This document shows, piece after piece, positions 61,203-64,000 of a stretch of DNA of 64,000 bases. Every line of letters starts with the position of its first letter. Position 1 is the stretch's first letter. The stretch is taken from positions 288,001 to 352,000 of the forward strand of contig CAWKDB010000011.1 of assembly GCA_963848295.1 (NCBI GenBank). The letters are read 5' to 3'. Origin of the DNA: an uncultured delta proteobacterium. GTDB taxonomy: Bacteria > Myxococcota_A > Polyangia > Haliangiales > Haliangiaceae. The position numbers and the translations under genes were made by a program. A model generated the notes under the pieces. That model searched no databases, had not been told where the DNA came from, and saw only the letters and a list, made by a program, of their open reading frames with translations.

Positions 61203-63387
61203 GTGCCGAACGAAACGATCCGTTATGACGACGCGATAGTACGACGTTTTCTGACCGCGACGCTCGTATGGGGTGCGGTCGGCATGTTGGTCGGATTGTG
61301 GTGCGCGCTGCAGCTCGCGGCGCCGTCGCTGAACTTCGCGCCGTACTTCACGTTCGGTCGGCTACGCCCGCTCCATACGAATGCCGTGATCTTCGCGTTC
61401 GCGGGCAACGCGATCTTTGCGGCGGTGTACTACTCGTCGCAGCGGCTGCTGAAGGCGCGACCGCTCGCGACCCTGTCCAAGATCCACTTCTGGGGGTGGC
61501 AGTCGATCATCGTCGCGGCAGCGATCACGCTCCCGCTCGGGTTCACGCAGGCTAAAGAATACGCCGAGCTCGAGTGGCCGATCGATCTCGCGATCGCGGT
61601 CGTGTGGGTCACGTTCGCCGTGAACTTCTTTGCGATGGTACGGAACCGGCGCGAGAAGCATCTCTACGTCGCGCTGTGGTTCTACATCGCGACGATCATC
61701 ACGGTCGCGATCCTCCACATCTTCAACAACCTCGCGCTTCCGGTCGGTGCGTTCAAGAGCTACTCGATCTACGCCGGCGTCCAAGACGCGTTCATGCAGT
61801 GGTGGTACGGGCACAACGCGGTCGCGTTCTTCCTGACGACGCCGTTCCTCGGCCTCATGTACTACTTCTTGCCGAAGGCGGCCGAGCGCCCGATCTATAG
61901 CTACCGCCTCTCGATCCTGCACTTCTGGTCGCTCGTCTTCATCTACATCTGGGCCGGGCCGCACCACCTCCACTACACCGCGCTGCCGCAATGGGCGTCG
62001 ACGCTCGGCATGGTGTTCAGCGTGATGCTGTGGATGCCGTCGTGGGGCGGCATGATCAACGGCCTGCTCACGCTGCGCGGCGCATGGGGACGCGTCGCCG
62101 AAGATCCGGTCCTCAAGTTCTTCGTCGTCGGGATCACGTTCTACGGCATGGCGACGTTCGAGGGCCCGATGCTCTCGGTCAAGAGCGTCAACGCGCTGTC
62201 GCATTACACCGATTGGAACATCGCGCACGTCCACGGCGGCGCACTCGGCTGGGTCGGTTTCATGATCGTTCGGCATGACGTACTGGCTCGTGCCGCGGCT
62301 CTATCAAGCGAAGCTGTACTCGAAGAAGCTCGCGACGACGCACTTCTGGCTCGCAACGATCGGCATCGTGCTCTACGTCGTCGCGATGTGGGCGTCGGGC
62401 ATCACCCAAGGCCTGATGTGGCGCGCGTTCGACTCGACCGGTCGGCTGCAGTATCCCGACTTCCTCGAGACCGTTACCCGGCTCGTGCCGATGTACTGGA
62501 TGCGCGCGTTTGGCGGCGCGATGTACATCACCGGGCTCGGCGTCGGCGTTTACAACATCTACAAGACCTGGCGAGCGCGGCCCGCGACCTACGACGAGCC
62601 CGAGATCTCGGTGCCGCCGATGATCCGCGCGGCGAGGCAAGTCGAACAGAAGCAGCGAGTCCTCGAACGCGCGACCGAGAAGCCGGTCCACTGGCATCGC
62701 CGGTGGGAGGGATTGCCCGCGCTGTTCACGGTGCTGGTCGCGCTGGCGGTGATCGTCGCGTCGCTATTCGAGATCCTGCCGACGTTCCTGATCGGCAGCA
62801 ACGTGCCGACGATCAAGACCGTGCAACCGTACACGCCGCTCGAGCTCTACGGCCGCGATATCTATCTACGCGAGGGTTGCTACAACTGCCACTCGCAGAT
62901 GATCCGGCCGTTCATCGACGAGACCGTGCGCTACGGCTCGAACGGCAAGCCGGCGGAGTATTCGAAGCCGGGCGAGTTCATCTACGACCACCCGTTCCAA
63001 TGGGGCAGCAAACGAACCGGACCGGATCTCGCGCGCGAAGGCGGCAAGCGCGATGAGCTCTGGCTGCTGCGCCACTTCGACGACCCGCGTTCGACGTCGC
63101 CGGGGTCGGTCATGCCGGACTACCCGGACCTCCTGACCGACACGATCCCGTGGGACACGATCCAGGCGCACGTCGATGGCATGGCGAAGCTCGGCGTGCC
63201 GTACGGCCCGACGGCGCTGGCGCACGCGGACGCCCTCGCGAAGACCCAGGCCCTCACACTCGCCGCGATGCTCGAGGCCGAAGGCGGCCCACCGCAGATG
63301 AACGACAAGGAAGTCATCGCGCTGATCGCGTACATGCAGCGCCTCGGCAAGGACATTCGGCTCGACAGCGACGGAGGTTCCAAGTGA
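61203..63387 (+). CDS. ccoN: cbb3-type cytochrome c oxidase fused subunit I/II (CcoN-CcoO; +1 frameshift near 62268)
   Basis: [28 protein letters not shown]; then [26 protein letters not shown]. Confidence 0.93.
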
Positions 63388-63566
63388 TTCGCTTATCCGA
63401 GCTCATCTCAGCGCTGACTCCGGCCGAATACGCGGAGCTCTCGCTCGTCTTGTTCCTCGCGGTGTTCGCGGCGATCGCCTTCCGACATGGTGGAAAGCGG
63501 CGCAGGGCCGAGCACGACGAGTGCGCGCGCATGCCGCTGTGCGACGACGCGGGGGAGCCGCGATGA
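63384..63566 (+). CDS. ccoQ: cbb3 oxidase subunit CcoQ-like
   Basis: Single TM (LVLFLAVFAAI), ARMPL.DD; located between ccoO and ccoP. Confidence 0.75.
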   Translation: MIRLSELISALTPAEYAELSLVLFLAVFAAIAFRHGGKRRRAEHDECARMPLCDDAGEPR

Positions 63567-64000
63567 GTCCCGCGACCGCGCAGTCGCGTGACGCCGAAGT
63601 CACCGCCTCGGCGGGCGAGCAGGAGCTCGAGCCCCACCTCATGGATCACTCGTACGACGGGATCCAGGAGTACGACAACCCGTTGCCCGGGTGGTGGCGC
63701 GCGATCTTCTACGCGTCGATCGTGTTCGCGTTCGGGTACTTCACGTATTACGAGATCGCCGGTCTCGGCCGCAACGCGGACCAAGCGTATCGCGCCGCGC
63801 TCGCCGACTACGACAGCAAGCGCGCGTTGCGCGACGCCGCCGATGCCGCGAACGTCACCGAGGCGATGCTCGCGACCGGCGCCGCGAATTCGGAGTTGAC
63901 CGAGCGAGGCCGGACGATCTTCGCGACGCGCTGCGCTACGTGCCACACCGCCGATGGTCACGGCTTGATCGGGCCGAACCTCACCGACGAGTTTCAGATC
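63563..64000 (+). CDS. ccoP: cbb3 oxidase subunit III (3'-truncated by window edge)
   Basis: HSYDGIQEYDNPLPGWW, CATCH, GLIGPNLTD. Confidence 0.9.
   Translation, partial: MSPATAQSRDAEVTASAGEQELEPHLMDHSYDGIQEYDNPLPGWWRAIFYASIVFAFGYFTYYEIAGLGRNADQAYRAALADYDSKRALRDAADAANVTEAMLATGAANSELTERGRTIFATRCATCHTADGHGLIGPNLTDEFQI

Overview
Very GC-rich bacterial chromosome segment. Gene content (FHA-sigma54 activator, several Ser/Thr kinases, DUF507, fused ccoNO) suggests Myxococcota; this is an inference. Most of the window is housekeeping, metabolic or signalling genes: PLP lyase, ECF sigma/anti-sigma, His kinase/response regulator, ychF, GT2, adenylate cyclase, an aromatic-CoA catabolic operon, amidase, UDG, argE, hemN and the cbb3 oxidase genes. 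Several conserved genes have single-base insertions that look like sequencing errors. Three accessory regions stand out. (1) At 29.0-30.8 kb, two divergent four-helix-bundle (23S-IVP/Avd-like) genes are each preceded by a homologous ~190-nt rod-like hairpin with compensatory base changes and sit among CGGCNN hexamer tracts. (2) A ~9.2-kb phage-satellite-like island is integrated in tRNA-Glu(CTC) (22-bp att repeats at 41698 and 50910). Its att core lies inside the integrase gene, so the integrase C-terminus would switch on excision. It carries arm-type sites, an iteron origin, a DnaB-NTD/AAA_25 helicase, a possible divergent capsid gene and a TIGR04255-X-HEPN cargo operon that is a candidate new defence/TA system. 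(3) At 51.7-59.3 kb, a kinase-STAND-WD40 receptor and an FHA-sigma54 activator flank a sigma54-promoter-driven double-glycine-type peptide gene. An Hhe-like DUF4011 helicase-nuclease and a widespread leaderless-promoter signature are also present. All family assignments come from motif recognition by eye, not database searches.
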